Part shown: positions 10,469 through 19,064 of the stretch, piece after piece
Position numbering within the stretch: the stretch's first letter is position 1
How the letters are laid out: each line of letters starts with the position of its first letter
From: an uncultured Actinomycetes bacterium
Lineage (GTDB): Bacteria; Actinomycetota; Actinomycetes; S36-B12; CAIYMF01
Reading direction: 5' to 3'
DNA: 24,000 nt
Assembly (NCBI GenBank): GCA_963700395.1
Contig: CAVOXI010000008.1
Location: forward strand, 100,626 to 124,625
Made by a program: the position numbers and the translations under genes
The notes under the pieces: generated by a model
Databases searched by the model: none
What the model saw: only the letters and a program-made list of their open reading frames with translations
Told to the model about the DNA's origin: nothing

Positions 10469-10484
10469 TGTGAGGTATGCCACA
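10469..10484. promoter_or_regulatory. CRP/GlxR-like site TGTGGCATACCTCACA (minus strand)
   Basis: Plus strand TGTGAGGTATGCCACA; 9 of 10 conserved positions of TGTGA-N6-TCACA, with the central TA of the GlxR consensus. Confidence 0.6.
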
Positions 10485-10532
10485 GCCGGGACCTAGGTCA
10501 TGAACCGGGCGACTGCGGACCAAATGACCGTC

Positions 10533-11879
10533 TCAGCTGGGCAGGTCCTCCAGCATCTCGGTGACCAGTGCCGCGATCGGCGAGCGCTCGCTGCGGGTCA
10601 GCGTGACGTGGGCGAACAGGGGGTGCCCCTTGAGCTTCTCGACGACGGCGACCACGCCGTCGTGGCGACCGACGCGCAGGTTGTCGCGCTGGGCCACGTC
10701 ATGGGTCAGCACGACCCGCGAGTCCTTGCCGATGCGTGACAGGACCGTGAGCAGGACGTTGCGCTCCAGCGACTGCGCCTCGTCGACGATGACGAAGGCA
10801 TCGTGCAGCGAACGACCACGGATGTGGGTCAACGGCAGGACCTCGAGCATCCCGCGGTCGAGGACCTCGTCGACGACCTCGGACGTGGTGATCGCCCCGA
10901 GGGTGTCGAAGACCGCCTGCCCCCAGGGCGACATCTTCTCGTGCTCGCTGCCCGGCAGGTAGCCGAGCTCCTGGCCGCCGACGGCGAACAACGGCCGGAA
11001 GACCACGACCTTGCGGTGCTGCTGGCGCTCCAGGACCGCCTCCAGACCGGCGCACAGGGCCAGGGCGCTCTTGCCGGTGCCGGCCCGCCCGCCGAGGCTG
11101 ATGATCCCGATGTCGGGGTCGAGCAGCATGTCCAGGGCGATGCGCTGCTCCGCGGACCTGCCATGCAGGCCGAACGCCTCACGGTCGCCGCGGACCAGGC
11201 GCAGCCGCTTGTCCGGGGTCACCCGGGCAAGGGCCGAGCCCCGCTCGGAGACCAGGACGACACCGGTGTTGCAGGGCAGGTCACGCGCGAGGTCGAGGTC
11301 GATCCGCTCGTTGTCGTACAGCTCGTTGACGACCGTGGACCCGACCTCGATCTCCTCGATGCCGGTCCAGCCCGTGCTCATCACCAGCTCGGCGCGGTAC
11401 TCCTCGGCCTGCAGCCCCAGCGTGGAGGCCTTCACGCGCAGGGGCAGGTCCTTGCTGACCACCACGACATCGCGGCCCTCGGCGGCGAGGTTGCGCGCGA
11501 CAGCCAGGATCCGGGTGTCGTTGTCGCCGAGCTGCATCCCCATGGGCAGGCGCGACAGGTCGGAGTGGTTGAGCTCCACCCGCAACGTGCCACCCTCGTC
11601 GTTGAGGGGGATGGGCTCATCGAGACGACCGAAGTCGATCCGGAAGTCGTCGAGCATGCGCAGGGCCTCGCGGGCGAAGTAGCCGAGCTCGGGATGGGTG
11701 CGCTTGGCCTCCAGCTCGATGATCACGACCAGCGGGATGACGACCTCGTGCTCGTCGAAGCGGAAGACCGCCCTGGGGTCGGACAGCAGGACGGAGGTGT
11801 CGAGCACGTAGCAGCGACTCGCCTCCGCTCGAGCTCTGCCGGATCGGGGCTTCGTCGCAGTCGGCACGCGCGCCTCCAC
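10533..11879 (-). CDS. phoH: PhoH family ATPase with N-terminal PIN domain (PhoH2-type)
   Basis: [37 protein letters not shown] (PIN); [27 protein letters not shown] and [39 protein letters not shown] (PhoH). Confidence 0.95.
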   Translation of the reverse strand: MEARVPTATKPRSGRARAEASRCYVLDTSVLLSDPRAVFRFDEHEVVIPLVVIIELEAKRTHPELGYFAREALRMLDDFRIDFGRLDEPIPLNDEGGTLRVELNHSDLSRLPMGMQLGDNDTRILAVARNLAAEGRDVVVVSKDLPLRVKASTLGLQAEEYRAELVMSTGWTGIEEIEVGSTVVNELYDNERIDLDLARDLPCNTGVVLVSERGSALARVTPDKRLRLVRGDREAFGLHGRSAEQRIALDMLLDPDIGIISLGGRAGTGKSALALCAGLEAVLERQQHRKVVVFRPLFAVGGQELGYLPGSEHEKMSPWGQAVFDTLGAITTSEVVDEVLDRGMLEVLPLTHIRGRSLHDAFVIVDEAQSLERNVLLTVLSRIGKDSRVVLTHDVAQRDNLRVGRHDGVVAVVEKLKGHPLFAHVTLTRSERSPIAALVTEMLEDLPS

Positions 11880-11987
11880 AGTCAGGTCGGGCGGCTCGGG
11901 GTGTGCCCGACTGCCACGAATCTAGGCCGCGAGCCTGCTCCGCCGGCGTCGCGACACGCCGCGCGCGGGGTGGTGATGGGCCACGCG

Positions 11988-12749
11988 TCAGGAGCCGTAG
12001 CGCCGCTCGCGGGCCGCGTAGTCGCGCAGGGCGCGCAGGAAGTCCACGCGCCTGAAGTCGGGCCAGTAGGCCTCGCAGAAGTAGAACTCGGAGTGGGCGC
12101 TCTGCCACAGCAGGAATCCCGAGAGCCGCTGCTCGCCGGAGGTCCGGATGACCAGGTCCGGGTCGGGCTGGCCCTTCGTGTAGAGGTGGGCCGCGATGTG
12201 CTCGACGTCCAGCGATGCGGCGAGCTCCTCCAGGGACGTCCCCGCGGCCGCCTCCTCCTGCAGCAGCGCGCGCACGGCGTCGACGAGCTCCTGCCGCCCG
12301 CCGTAGCCGACGGCGACGTTCACGGTCATCCCGTCGATGTCGCAGGACTTCAGCTCGGCAGTCTCGAGCACCTGCCGCGTCCGAGCCGGCAGCGGGTCCT
12401 TGGCACCCACGTGCCGGATGACCCACTTGCCCGACGCGGCCAGCTCCTCGATGGAGCCCTCGATGATCCGCAGCAGCGGGTCGAGCTCCTCCGTCGCGCG
12501 CGTCAGGTTGTCGGTGGACAGCAGCCACAGCGTCACGACCTCGACGCCGACCTCGTCACACCACTCGAGGAACTCCACGATGCGGGCGGCTCCGGCGCGG
12601 TGCCCGGCAGCACTGCTCGAACCCTGCTCGGTGGCCCAGCGCCGGTTCCCGTCGAGGATCACCCCCACATGCCGCGGGATGTCGCCCTGGTGGAGGTCGT
12701 TGGCCAGTCGACGTTCATAGAGACCGTAGACGAGGTCGTCCAGACCCAT
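11988..12749 (-). CDS. uppS: Isoprenyl transferase ((Z)-polyprenyl diphosphate synthase, UppS family)
   Basis: IPRHVGVILDGNRRWA...GHRAGAARIVEFLEWC...LWLLSTDNLTR...DPDLVIRTSGEQRLSGFLLWQSAHSEFYFCEAYWPDF. Confidence 0.95.
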   Translation of the reverse strand: MGLDDLVYGLYERRLANDLHQGDIPRHVGVILDGNRRWATEQGSSSAAGHRAGAARIVEFLEWCDEVGVEVVTLWLLSTDNLTRATEELDPLLRIIEGSIEELAASGKWVIRHVGAKDPLPARTRQVLETAELKSCDIDGMTVNVAVGYGGRQELVDAVRALLQEEAAAGTSLEELAASLDVEHIAAHLYTKGQPDPDLVIRTSGEQRLSGFLLWQSAHSEFYFCEAYWPDFRRVDFLRALRDYAARERRYGS

Positions 12750-12786
12750 ACGTTCCTCCTGATGCGGACCTCATGCCCGATGGAGG

Positions 12787-13473
12787 CTATCGCACCGCCG
12801 TCATGACCAGTGTCGCCGCGACGAAGTGCGCGGTCCATCCCCCGAGCGTGAATGAGTGGAACACCTCATGGAAGCCGAACCACTTCGGTGACGGGTTCGG
12901 CCACTGGGTGGCGAACACCCCGGCGCCCAGCGTGTAGAAGATCCCTCCGAGGAGGATCAGGCCCAGGACCCAGGCGTGGCGGGCGTCGGACAGGATGTCC
13001 GAGCGCAGGAAGCTGGGAAGGAACATCGCCGACGCCCAGCCCAGCGCCAGGTACATCGGCACGAACAGCCACCGTGGGGCCCTGACCCACGCCAGTCGGA
13101 CGACCGCCCCACCGACCGCGCCGAGCCAGAGGACAGCCAGCAGCGATCGTGCGGGCCCGGGGCCGAGCAGGGCCACAGCGAACGGTGTGGCGCTGCCGGC
13201 GATGACCAGGAAGATGTTCGCGTGGTCCCATCGCTGCAGGAGGTTGGTCACCCGGGGGGAGAACCGGCCACGGTGGTACACGGCCGACACGGAGAAGAGC
13301 AGGATCGTGGTGAGTGCGAACAGGACCGTGGGGATGCGCAACTCCGAGGGCGCGAGGATGGCCAACAGCACCGCAGCCGTTCCGGCGATGGGGGCAGCCA
13401 CCATGTGCAGCCATCCGCGCAGGACCGGCTTGACGGACAGGTAGTGCTCCCGCAGGGAATCAGCGGGCGTCAT
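12787..13473 (-). CDS. Hemolysin III / TrhA family membrane protein
   Basis: Seven TM helices with FALTTILLFSVSAVYHRGRFSP, LQRWDHANIFLVIAGSATPFAV and FGFHEVFHSFTLGGWTAHFVAA. Confidence 0.93.
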   Translation of the reverse strand: MTPADSLREHYLSVKPVLRGWLHMVAAPIAGTAAVLLAILAPSELRIPTVLFALTTILLFSVSAVYHRGRFSPRVTNLLQRWDHANIFLVIAGSATPFAVALLGPGPARSLLAVLWLGAVGGAVVRLAWVRAPRWLFVPMYLALGWASAMFLPSFLRSDILSDARHAWVLGLILLGGIFYTLGAGVFATQWPNPSPKWFGFHEVFHSFTLGGWTAHFVAATLVMTAVR

Positions 13474-13517
13474 GCATGAAGTAGATCAGTGGGCGCCGTG
13501 ATCAGCAAGGCGCTCCG

Positions 13518-14318
13518 TCACGCCAGGTCGACGATCACCGGGGCGTGATCGCTCGGTGCGGGAGTGCCCTTGATCCCGGGCTTGCGTGCATCCCGGTCCA
13601 CGACCGCCGAGGTGACGGCAGCGGCGAACGCCGCGTTCGCCAGGACCAGGTCGATCCGCATCCCCATGGCCTTGTGGAACGACCCGGCCCGGTAGTCCCA
13701 GAACGTGTAGGGATGTGGCCCCTTGCTGATGGTGGGCATGACGTCTGTGAGGCTCAGGGCCAGGAGGTCGGCCAGGGCAGCCCGCTCGGGCGCCGACACG
13801 TGGGTGCTCTGGGCGAACGCCGCGATGTCCCAGACGTCGTCGTCTGCCGGGGCGATGTTGAAGTCCCCGAGGACGGCGAATGGTGCCGCCGCAGCCGCGA
13901 CCGGGCCCAGGTGCCCGGCAAGGGCCGCCAGCCACGACAGCTTGTACGAGTAATGGGGGTCGTCGGGGGTGCGCCCGTTCGGCACGTACACCCCCGCGAC
14001 GCGGACCCCGCCACAGGTCGCGGCGATGTAGCGCGCCTCCGGGGCGTCGGTTGGGTCGGGGAATCCGGGCACCCCGGGGATGTCGGTCTCCAGGTCGGAG
14101 ATGCCGACCCGCGAGAGCAGCGCCACCCCGTTCCAGCGCCCCTGGCCCCTGTGCACCGACTCGTAGCCGGCGTCCGCGATCTCCGAGGTGGGGAACGCCT
14201 CCTGGGCGATCTTGGTCTCCTGGAGCACGACCACGTCAGGCTCGGTCGCCTCCAGCCACGACAGCAGCCGTGGGAGCCGCGCGGGAAGGGAGTTCACGTT
14301 CCAGGTGGCGATGCGCAC
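13518..14318 (-). CDS. xth: Exodeoxyribonuclease III
   Basis: GTG start: VRIATWNVNSLPARLPRLLSWLEATEPDVVVLQETKIAQEAFP...VPNGRTPDDPHYSYKLSWL...LGDFNIAP...SDHAPVIVDLA. Confidence 0.94.
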   Translation of the reverse strand: MRIATWNVNSLPARLPRLLSWLEATEPDVVVLQETKIAQEAFPTSEIADAGYESVHRGQGRWNGVALLSRVGISDLETDIPGVPGFPDPTDAPEARYIAATCGGVRVAGVYVPNGRTPDDPHYSYKLSWLAALAGHLGPVAAAAAPFAVLGDFNIAPADDDVWDIAAFAQSTHVSAPERAALADLLALSLTDVMPTISKGPHPYTFWDYRAGSFHKAMGMRIDLVLANAAFAAAVTSAVVDRDARKPGIKGTPAPSDHAPVIVDLA

Positions 14319-14491
14319 GCCGTGATTCTGGCACCTGGTCGGCTCCGCGGGGACCGCGCGGGCCAGCGATCCCGCGGGCATCGACACACGGTGACTCGCG
14401 GTCACTTTGCGTCCTCATCGAGCCGGACGAAATCACCGCGAAACGCCGGGGCAATGCCGTCGTGGCCCCACGCGAATGGCAGGATCCCCCC

Positions 14492-15870
14492 ATGTCCGTG
14501 ACCGCCGCCCTCGGGGACGTGCGCCGGATCGCGCATGGGCCGACGCGGACGCTGTTCATCGGGCTGCTCGTGAAGTCCGTCGGGAGCGGCCTGACGCTCT
14601 CGCCTGCTCATCGTGTACCTCGTGAGGGTTCGCGACCTCCCGCGTCATGGTCGCCACCGGGCTGCTCGCGTGGCAGGCGCTGCTCGACCCTCGCGGTGTC
14701 GCCCATCGTCGGCACGCTGGTCGACCGGCGCGGACCACGACCTGTCCTGCTCGTGGCGCTGCTGATCGAGGCCGTCAGCCTGATCACGTTCGGGCAGGTG
14801 ACGACCTGGCAGCAGGCCTTCGTCGTGATGTCCGCGGTGGCGGTGGGTGGGGCCGGGATCTGGGGCCCCACCGATGCGCTCCTGGCCCGCCTCGTGCCCT
14901 CGCAGGACCGGTCCACGGCCTTCGGCTTCCAGTTCATGCTGCTGAACATCGGCCTCGGCCTCGGGGGACTGATCAGCGCGACGATCGTCGACGACGACGC
15001 GGCCGGTCACCTTCGAGTGGCTGTACACCCTGACCGGGCTGTCGTTCCTCGCCTTGTTCGTCGCCGTCCTGGTCATGGGCGACGTCGGCGGGCCGCCCGC
15101 CGCCGAGCCCCCTGCGCACGCCGAGCCCGACGAGGGCGCAGCCGGACCACCGGGCGCGCGGCCCGAGGAGTCCGACGGCTGGGCCGCCGTCCTGCGCGAC
15201 CGGAACCTGCTGCGCTACGGGGCTGTCGGGCTGCTGCTGCTCACCTTCGGGTACGGCTGCGTGGAGTCCGGCGTCGGGCTGTTCATCACGGACTTCGTGG
15301 GCCTGCCCAACGAGCCGCATCGGCCTCGTCTTCGCCGCGAACACGGCCGTCATCGTCGTCATGCAGCTGTTCATGATCTCGTTCGTGAACGGTCGCTCGC
15401 GGGCCCAGATGCTGGCCGGCGTGGGCTTGCTGTGGGCCCTGACCTGGGCCCTCTTCAGCTCCGCGCTGACAGCTCAGCGGCTGGGCTGCGGTCGGGGTCC
15501 TCATCCTGGCCATGTCGATCTTCGCCGTCGGCGAGACCCTGTGGTCACCGGTCGCGCCCGGCCCTGTCTCAACGAGTTGGCTCCCGAGCACCTGCGCGGC
15601 CGGTACAACGCCTTCCAGTCACTGCTGTGGGGGGTCTCCGGGGCGCTCGGCCCGCTGGTCACCGGTGCGTTCCTGTCCGCCGACCTCGGCGGGGCCTGGG
15701 CCGCTGACCCTGGCCATCGGATGCCTGGTCGCCGCGTTCGTCGCCCTGCGGATGCGCGCCCACCTGACGCCGGGGCAGGACGGGCATGGGGGCTCAGGAG
15801 GGATCGACCCCGACGGCGACCCCGACCCCGGGCCGGGACCCGTCGTACTCGATGGACGCCCGCTGAGCCG
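14492..15870 (+). pseudogene. MFS transporter, reading frame broken many times (pseudogene or sequencing errors); 3' end approximate
   Basis: Collinear MFS fragments in all three forward frames: MSVTAALGDVRRIAHGPTRTLFIGLLVKSVGSG; VATGLLAWQALL; AVSPIVGTLVDRRGPRPVLLVALL...; VTFEWLYTLTGLSFLALFVAVLV...; IGLVFAANTAVIVVMQLFMISFV...; MSIFAVGETLWSPVAP; LNELAPEHLRGRYNAFQSLLWGVSGALGPLVTGAFLS; LTLAIGCLVAAFVALRMRAHL. Confidence 0.8.
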
Positions 15871-16620
15871 GGCCCGGGCACTCGCCGAGCGCAGCCCGGC
15901 GCCGGCTCAGGCCTCGGGGAGCTGCGGGCGGTCGGTTCCGCCCACCGACCTGCCGGCGCGGCTTGCGCTTGACCTCGACCCCACCGAACAGGGCCGCGCC
16001 CTTGATCCGCAGCACCGGGGCACCGGGCAGGCCCGGCCCCTCCGCCGGTCTGGTCGAAGCCACCGAAGATGCCCATCCCGTCGACGTGGACGGTGAGCCC
16101 CTCCGGCACGGTGATCTCGATGCCGCCCATCACGGCCACGGCGATGATCTCGGACTCGGCCTGGGCGAACGTGGAGCGGGTGAGGTCCAGCTCGATCCCC
16201 CCGAACATCGCGAAGGCGGTCAGCTGGGCCGGCATGACCCACTCACCCTTGCGGGTTGCACCGCCGAAGATCGCGACCACCGACGACGAGGACGAGTCGG
16301 CGCCCGCAGGCGGGTGCCAGCCCGACGACGGCGCCGGGGAGGACTGGGGCGGGACGGCGAGGGCCATCCCGGTCAACGGGGCCAAGGCGGCTGCGACGGT
16401 GGACGGGGGAAGCCCGTCGAGCACGGGGACGAGGTCGGCCGCCGTGCGAGCGCCCGAGGGCTGCGGACAGCCGGTCCTCGTACTCGTCGCGGGTCAACCG
16501 GCCCTCGGCATAGGCGTCGCCGATGACGTCGGCCATCCGGGCGCGGTCGGCGTCGGAGACCAGGACGCGGCCCGCCACCCCGAGCGGGCCGTCCGCAGGG
16601 TCGGGAGGGATCGGGGACAT
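15794..16620 (-). CDS. DUF1707 domain protein with LiaF-like C-terminal domain, frame-interrupted
   Basis: Start ATG 16620: MSPIPPDPADGPLGVAGRVLVSDADRARMADVIGDAYAEGRLTRDEYEDRLSAALGR; continues in another frame as GLPPSTVAAALAPL...VVAIFGGATRKGEWVMPAQLTAFAMFGGIELDLTRSTFAQAESEIIAVAVMGGIEITVPEGLTV...FGGFDQ and in a third as APVLRIKGAALFGGVEVKRKPRRQ. Confidence 0.75.
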
Positions 16621-16622
16621 GC

Positions 16623-16976
16623 TCACGGCGCCGGCACCTCGGCCTGCAGCTGGTGGGTGATCCGGCGCTCGAACACGAAGGACATGAACGGGATCGTGCC
16701 GGCCAGGGCCACGAGCACGGTGCGCCCGGGGGTCCAGCGCGCGCGGATGGCCACATCGAGCACCGTCACGAGGTAGACCATGTACAGGAATCCGTGCAGC
16801 TGCCACCCGATCGCGTACCAGAGCGAGTCCTCGTGGCCGAGGAGGTACTTCCAGGGCAGCCCGACCACGGTCATGAACGCCAGCACGGTGCCGGTGACCC
16901 AGGCCATGACCTGGAACCGCTTGTACGCGCCCGACCGCAGGATCGTCGCGGGTGCGGGGGCGGCGTGCGTGCTCAT
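16623..16976 (-). CDS. DUF3817 membrane protein
   Basis: MSTHAAPAPATILRSGAYKRFQVMAWVTGTVLAFMTVVGLPWKYLLGHEDSLWYAIGWQLHGFLYMVYLVTVLDVAIRARW...; ATG overlaps the SURF1 stop. Confidence 0.9.
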   Translation of the reverse strand: MSTHAAPAPATILRSGAYKRFQVMAWVTGTVLAFMTVVGLPWKYLLGHEDSLWYAIGWQLHGFLYMVYLVTVLDVAIRARWTPGRTVLVALAGTIPFMSFVFERRITHQLQAEVPAP

Positions 16977-17737
16977 CGGGGGATCTCCTGCTCGACGGGT
17001 CGGGCCTGGTGGTCGCGCCGGAAGCGGTTCCAGAAGAAGACCACGAACCCGGCGAACGCGACCCACTGGATCGCGTAGGCCGCATTGCGCCAGTTCAGGC
17101 CCACCTCGGCTCCGGGCAATTCTGTCACCTGCAACGGGGCCGGCTGGCCCACGCCTGCCGGCTGCAGCTCGCTCAGCGCGTACCACCCCGAGCGCACGGC
17201 GTAGCCCGCATGGGCCGACAGGGCGCCTGTGTCGACCGTGGTCAGCGTCGGGGGGTCCCCGGGGCTGACGGCGGCATCCGGCTTCCGGGAGTCGGCCACC
17301 AGGACGCCGACGACCTCGACGGTCCCCTGTGGCGGTGGCACCGGGCGCTGACCGGCAGGCACCCAGCCGCGCACGACGGCGACCGCGGTGTCCGCCGGGT
17401 TCGCGCCGACCGTGCCGCCCGCCCCGTCCGCCGGCGCCGGCTGCATCGGGGTGAGCACCCATGCTCCCTGTTGCCCGTCGCGCTTCCGTGGCTCGACGAG
17501 CACCTCGTTCTCCGCGTCGAACTGGCCCGTGATGCCCACCCGCATGCCGCTGAAGGCCGTGGCCGGGTCGAGGTCGGCCAGCGCCACCACGGGCCCCTCG
17601 GGGACGGCGTCAGCCTCGGAGCGGTTCGCGCGGTCCCACTGCCAGCGGGCGGCTACGACGCACACCAGCACGGCCAGGACGGTCAGGACGTGGAAGCCCC
17701 ATCGTCGTGGATCGGACCAGGATCGACCCGAGGACAT
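16973..17737 (-). CDS. SURF1 family cytochrome oxidase biogenesis protein
   Basis: MSSGRSWSDPRRWGFHVLTVLAVLVCVVAARWQWDRANR...VAVVRGWVPAGQRP...LNWRNAAYAIQWVAFAGFVVFFWNRFRRDHQ. Start trimmed from the track start at 17968. Confidence 0.9.
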   Translation of the reverse strand: MSSGRSWSDPRRWGFHVLTVLAVLVCVVAARWQWDRANRSEADAVPEGPVVALADLDPATAFSGMRVGITGQFDAENEVLVEPRKRDGQQGAWVLTPMQPAPADGAGGTVGANPADTAVAVVRGWVPAGQRPVPPPQGTVEVVGVLVADSRKPDAAVSPGDPPTLTTVDTGALSAHAGYAVRSGWYALSELQPAGVGQPAPLQVTELPGAEVGLNWRNAAYAIQWVAFAGFVVFFWNRFRRDHQARPVEQEIPR

Positions 17738-17963
17738 CAGCGAGCGTCGCCCCCGCCCCTGCCGGGATCGCGCGGCGCCCTGCCTGCGGTGGGTTCGCAG
17801 GGCCGAGGTTGGCCTGTGCACGGCGCAGGTGACGCACGAACGACCAGAGCAGGAGGAGCGTGGCGGCCAGGAGGAACACGAAGAGGACGGCGGCCAGCGG
17901 ACTGGGCCGGACCGTCGGGCCATCCTCCGCGGCCGCGACCAACGCAGCAAGGACACCGTGCAT
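17610..17963 (-). CDS. Small membrane protein upstream of SURF1; the C-terminal half overlaps SURF1 and is doubtful
   Basis: MHGVLAALVAAAEDGPTVRPSPLAAVLFVFLLAATLLLLWSFVRHLRRAQANLG; the true stop may be earlier if an indel is present. Confidence 0.45.
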   Translation of the reverse strand: MHGVLAALVAAAEDGPTVRPSPLAAVLFVFLLAATLLLLWSFVRHLRRAQANLGPANPPQAGRRAIPAGAGATLADVLGSILVRSTTMGLPRPDRPGRAGVRRSRPLAVGPREPLRG

Positions 17964-18015
17964 GGCAACCTCCCAGGACCGCGGATGTGCGGAGCGGTAC
18001 TAGTGTCGCAGCATC

Positions 18016-18511
18016 ATGTCGCCCACACGAACGGCCGGTCAGCCCCTCGCAGTGGCCCCCGCACATCCGGGAGCGCTACGGGGTCACCGACCGCCCTGGC
18101 TGGGTGCCCGGCGCCCTGATCGGCCTCGGCCTGGCCTTCTTCGCCCTGATCATGTTCCTCGGGCTGCGGCTGTCGAACCCGGCGATCGACGCGGGGGTCC
18201 TGTCGTACGCGACGGTGTCCGACGAGCAGATGACGATCGGCTACGAGGTCCAGCGCCGCGACACCGCCCCGGCCACGTGCGTCCTGCGGGCACGTGCCAA
18301 GGACGGCTTCGACGTGGGCTACGCCATCGTCGAGCTCCCGCCGGCGCAGGGACGGACCAACCACACGTTCGAGATGCGCACCGCCTACCGGGCGTTCGTC
18401 GGTGAGCTCGTCGGGTGCGGCCTGGACGCCCCGCCCCCGGATATCCCCGGTGCGCAGTTCCGGCCGGGTGTGGTGGCGCCGGTCCAGCCGTGGACCGCTG
18501 CTGGATCCTGA
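18016..18511 (+). CDS. DUF4307 membrane protein, apparent frameshift near 18060
   Basis: N-terminus MSPTRTAGQPLAVAPAH in one frame, then IRERYGVTDRPGWVPGALIGLGLAFFALIMFLGLRL...SDEQMTIGYEVQRRDTAPATCVLRARAKDGFDVGYAIVELPP in another. Confidence 0.75.
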
Positions 18512-18528
18512 TCCCCGTAGCCCGGTGC

Positions 18529-18534
18529 TACCCT
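18529..18534 (+). promoter_or_regulatory. Possible -10 TACCCT upstream of greA
   Basis: TACCCT about 35 nt upstream of the GTG at 18569, with an AGGAG Shine-Dalgarno at 18558-18562. Confidence 0.3.
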
Positions 18535-18568
18535 CGATGACTCACTGATCCCTGCCCAGGAGCCTCAC

Positions 18569-19063
18569 GTGTCCGAGAGCCCCCCGACCACCTGGTTGAC
18601 CCAGGAGGCCCACGACCGACTCGCCGCCGAGCTCGAGGAGCGCCAGACCGCGCGCCGCACCGAGATCACCAAGCGGATCGCCGCCGCGCGCGAGGAGGGC
18701 GACCTCAAGGAGAACGGCGGCTACCACGCCGCCAAGGACGAGCAGGGCAAGAACGAGGCCCGGATCCGCCAGCTGCGCCAGATGCTCGACAACGCCCAGA
18801 TCGGCTCCCCGCCGTCGGAGGAGGGCCAGGCCGCGCACGGGATGGTCGTCAGCGTCGAGCTGGTCGCCAGCGGGCGCACGATGACCTTCCTCCTGGGGTC
18901 CCGTGAGGAGGCAGCGCACGCCAGCGTCGATGTCATCTCCCCGTCGTCGCCGATGGGCTCTGCCGTGGACGGCGCGAGGGTCGGTGACGAGGTCACCTAC
19001 ACGACGCCCGCGGGCAAGGAGCTGACTGCCCGGATCACCAGCGTGGACCCGTACACCGGCTGA
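18569..19063 (+). CDS. greA: Transcription elongation factor GreA
   Basis: WLTQEAHDRLAAELEERQ...RIAAAREEGDLKENGGYHAAKDEQGKNEARIRQLRQMLDNAQ...YTTPAGKELTARI. Confidence 0.95.
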   Translation: MSESPPTTWLTQEAHDRLAAELEERQTARRTEITKRIAAAREEGDLKENGGYHAAKDEQGKNEARIRQLRQMLDNAQIGSPPSEEGQAAHGMVVSVELVASGRTMTFLLGSREEAAHASVDVISPSSPMGSAVDGARVGDEVTYTTPAGKELTARITSVDPYTG

Positions 19064-19064
19064 G

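Noticed and set aside
10803-12806. 667-aa forward ORF
   Set aside because: Antisense to phoH and uppS, which have unambiguous protein motifs; translation is low-information and His/Asp/Arg/Gly rich, typical of high-GC antisense frames.
13486-13935. 149-aa reverse ORF in xth
   Set aside because: Shadow frame of xth on the same strand, without conserved motifs.
13880-15376. 498-aa forward ORF taken as one protein
   Set aside because: The N-terminal part is antisense to xth; only segments after 14492 correspond to the MFS gene.
16952-18511. 519-aa forward ORF taken as one protein
   Set aside because: Only the last ~150 aa (DUF4307 body) is real; the first ~350 aa is antisense to SURF1.
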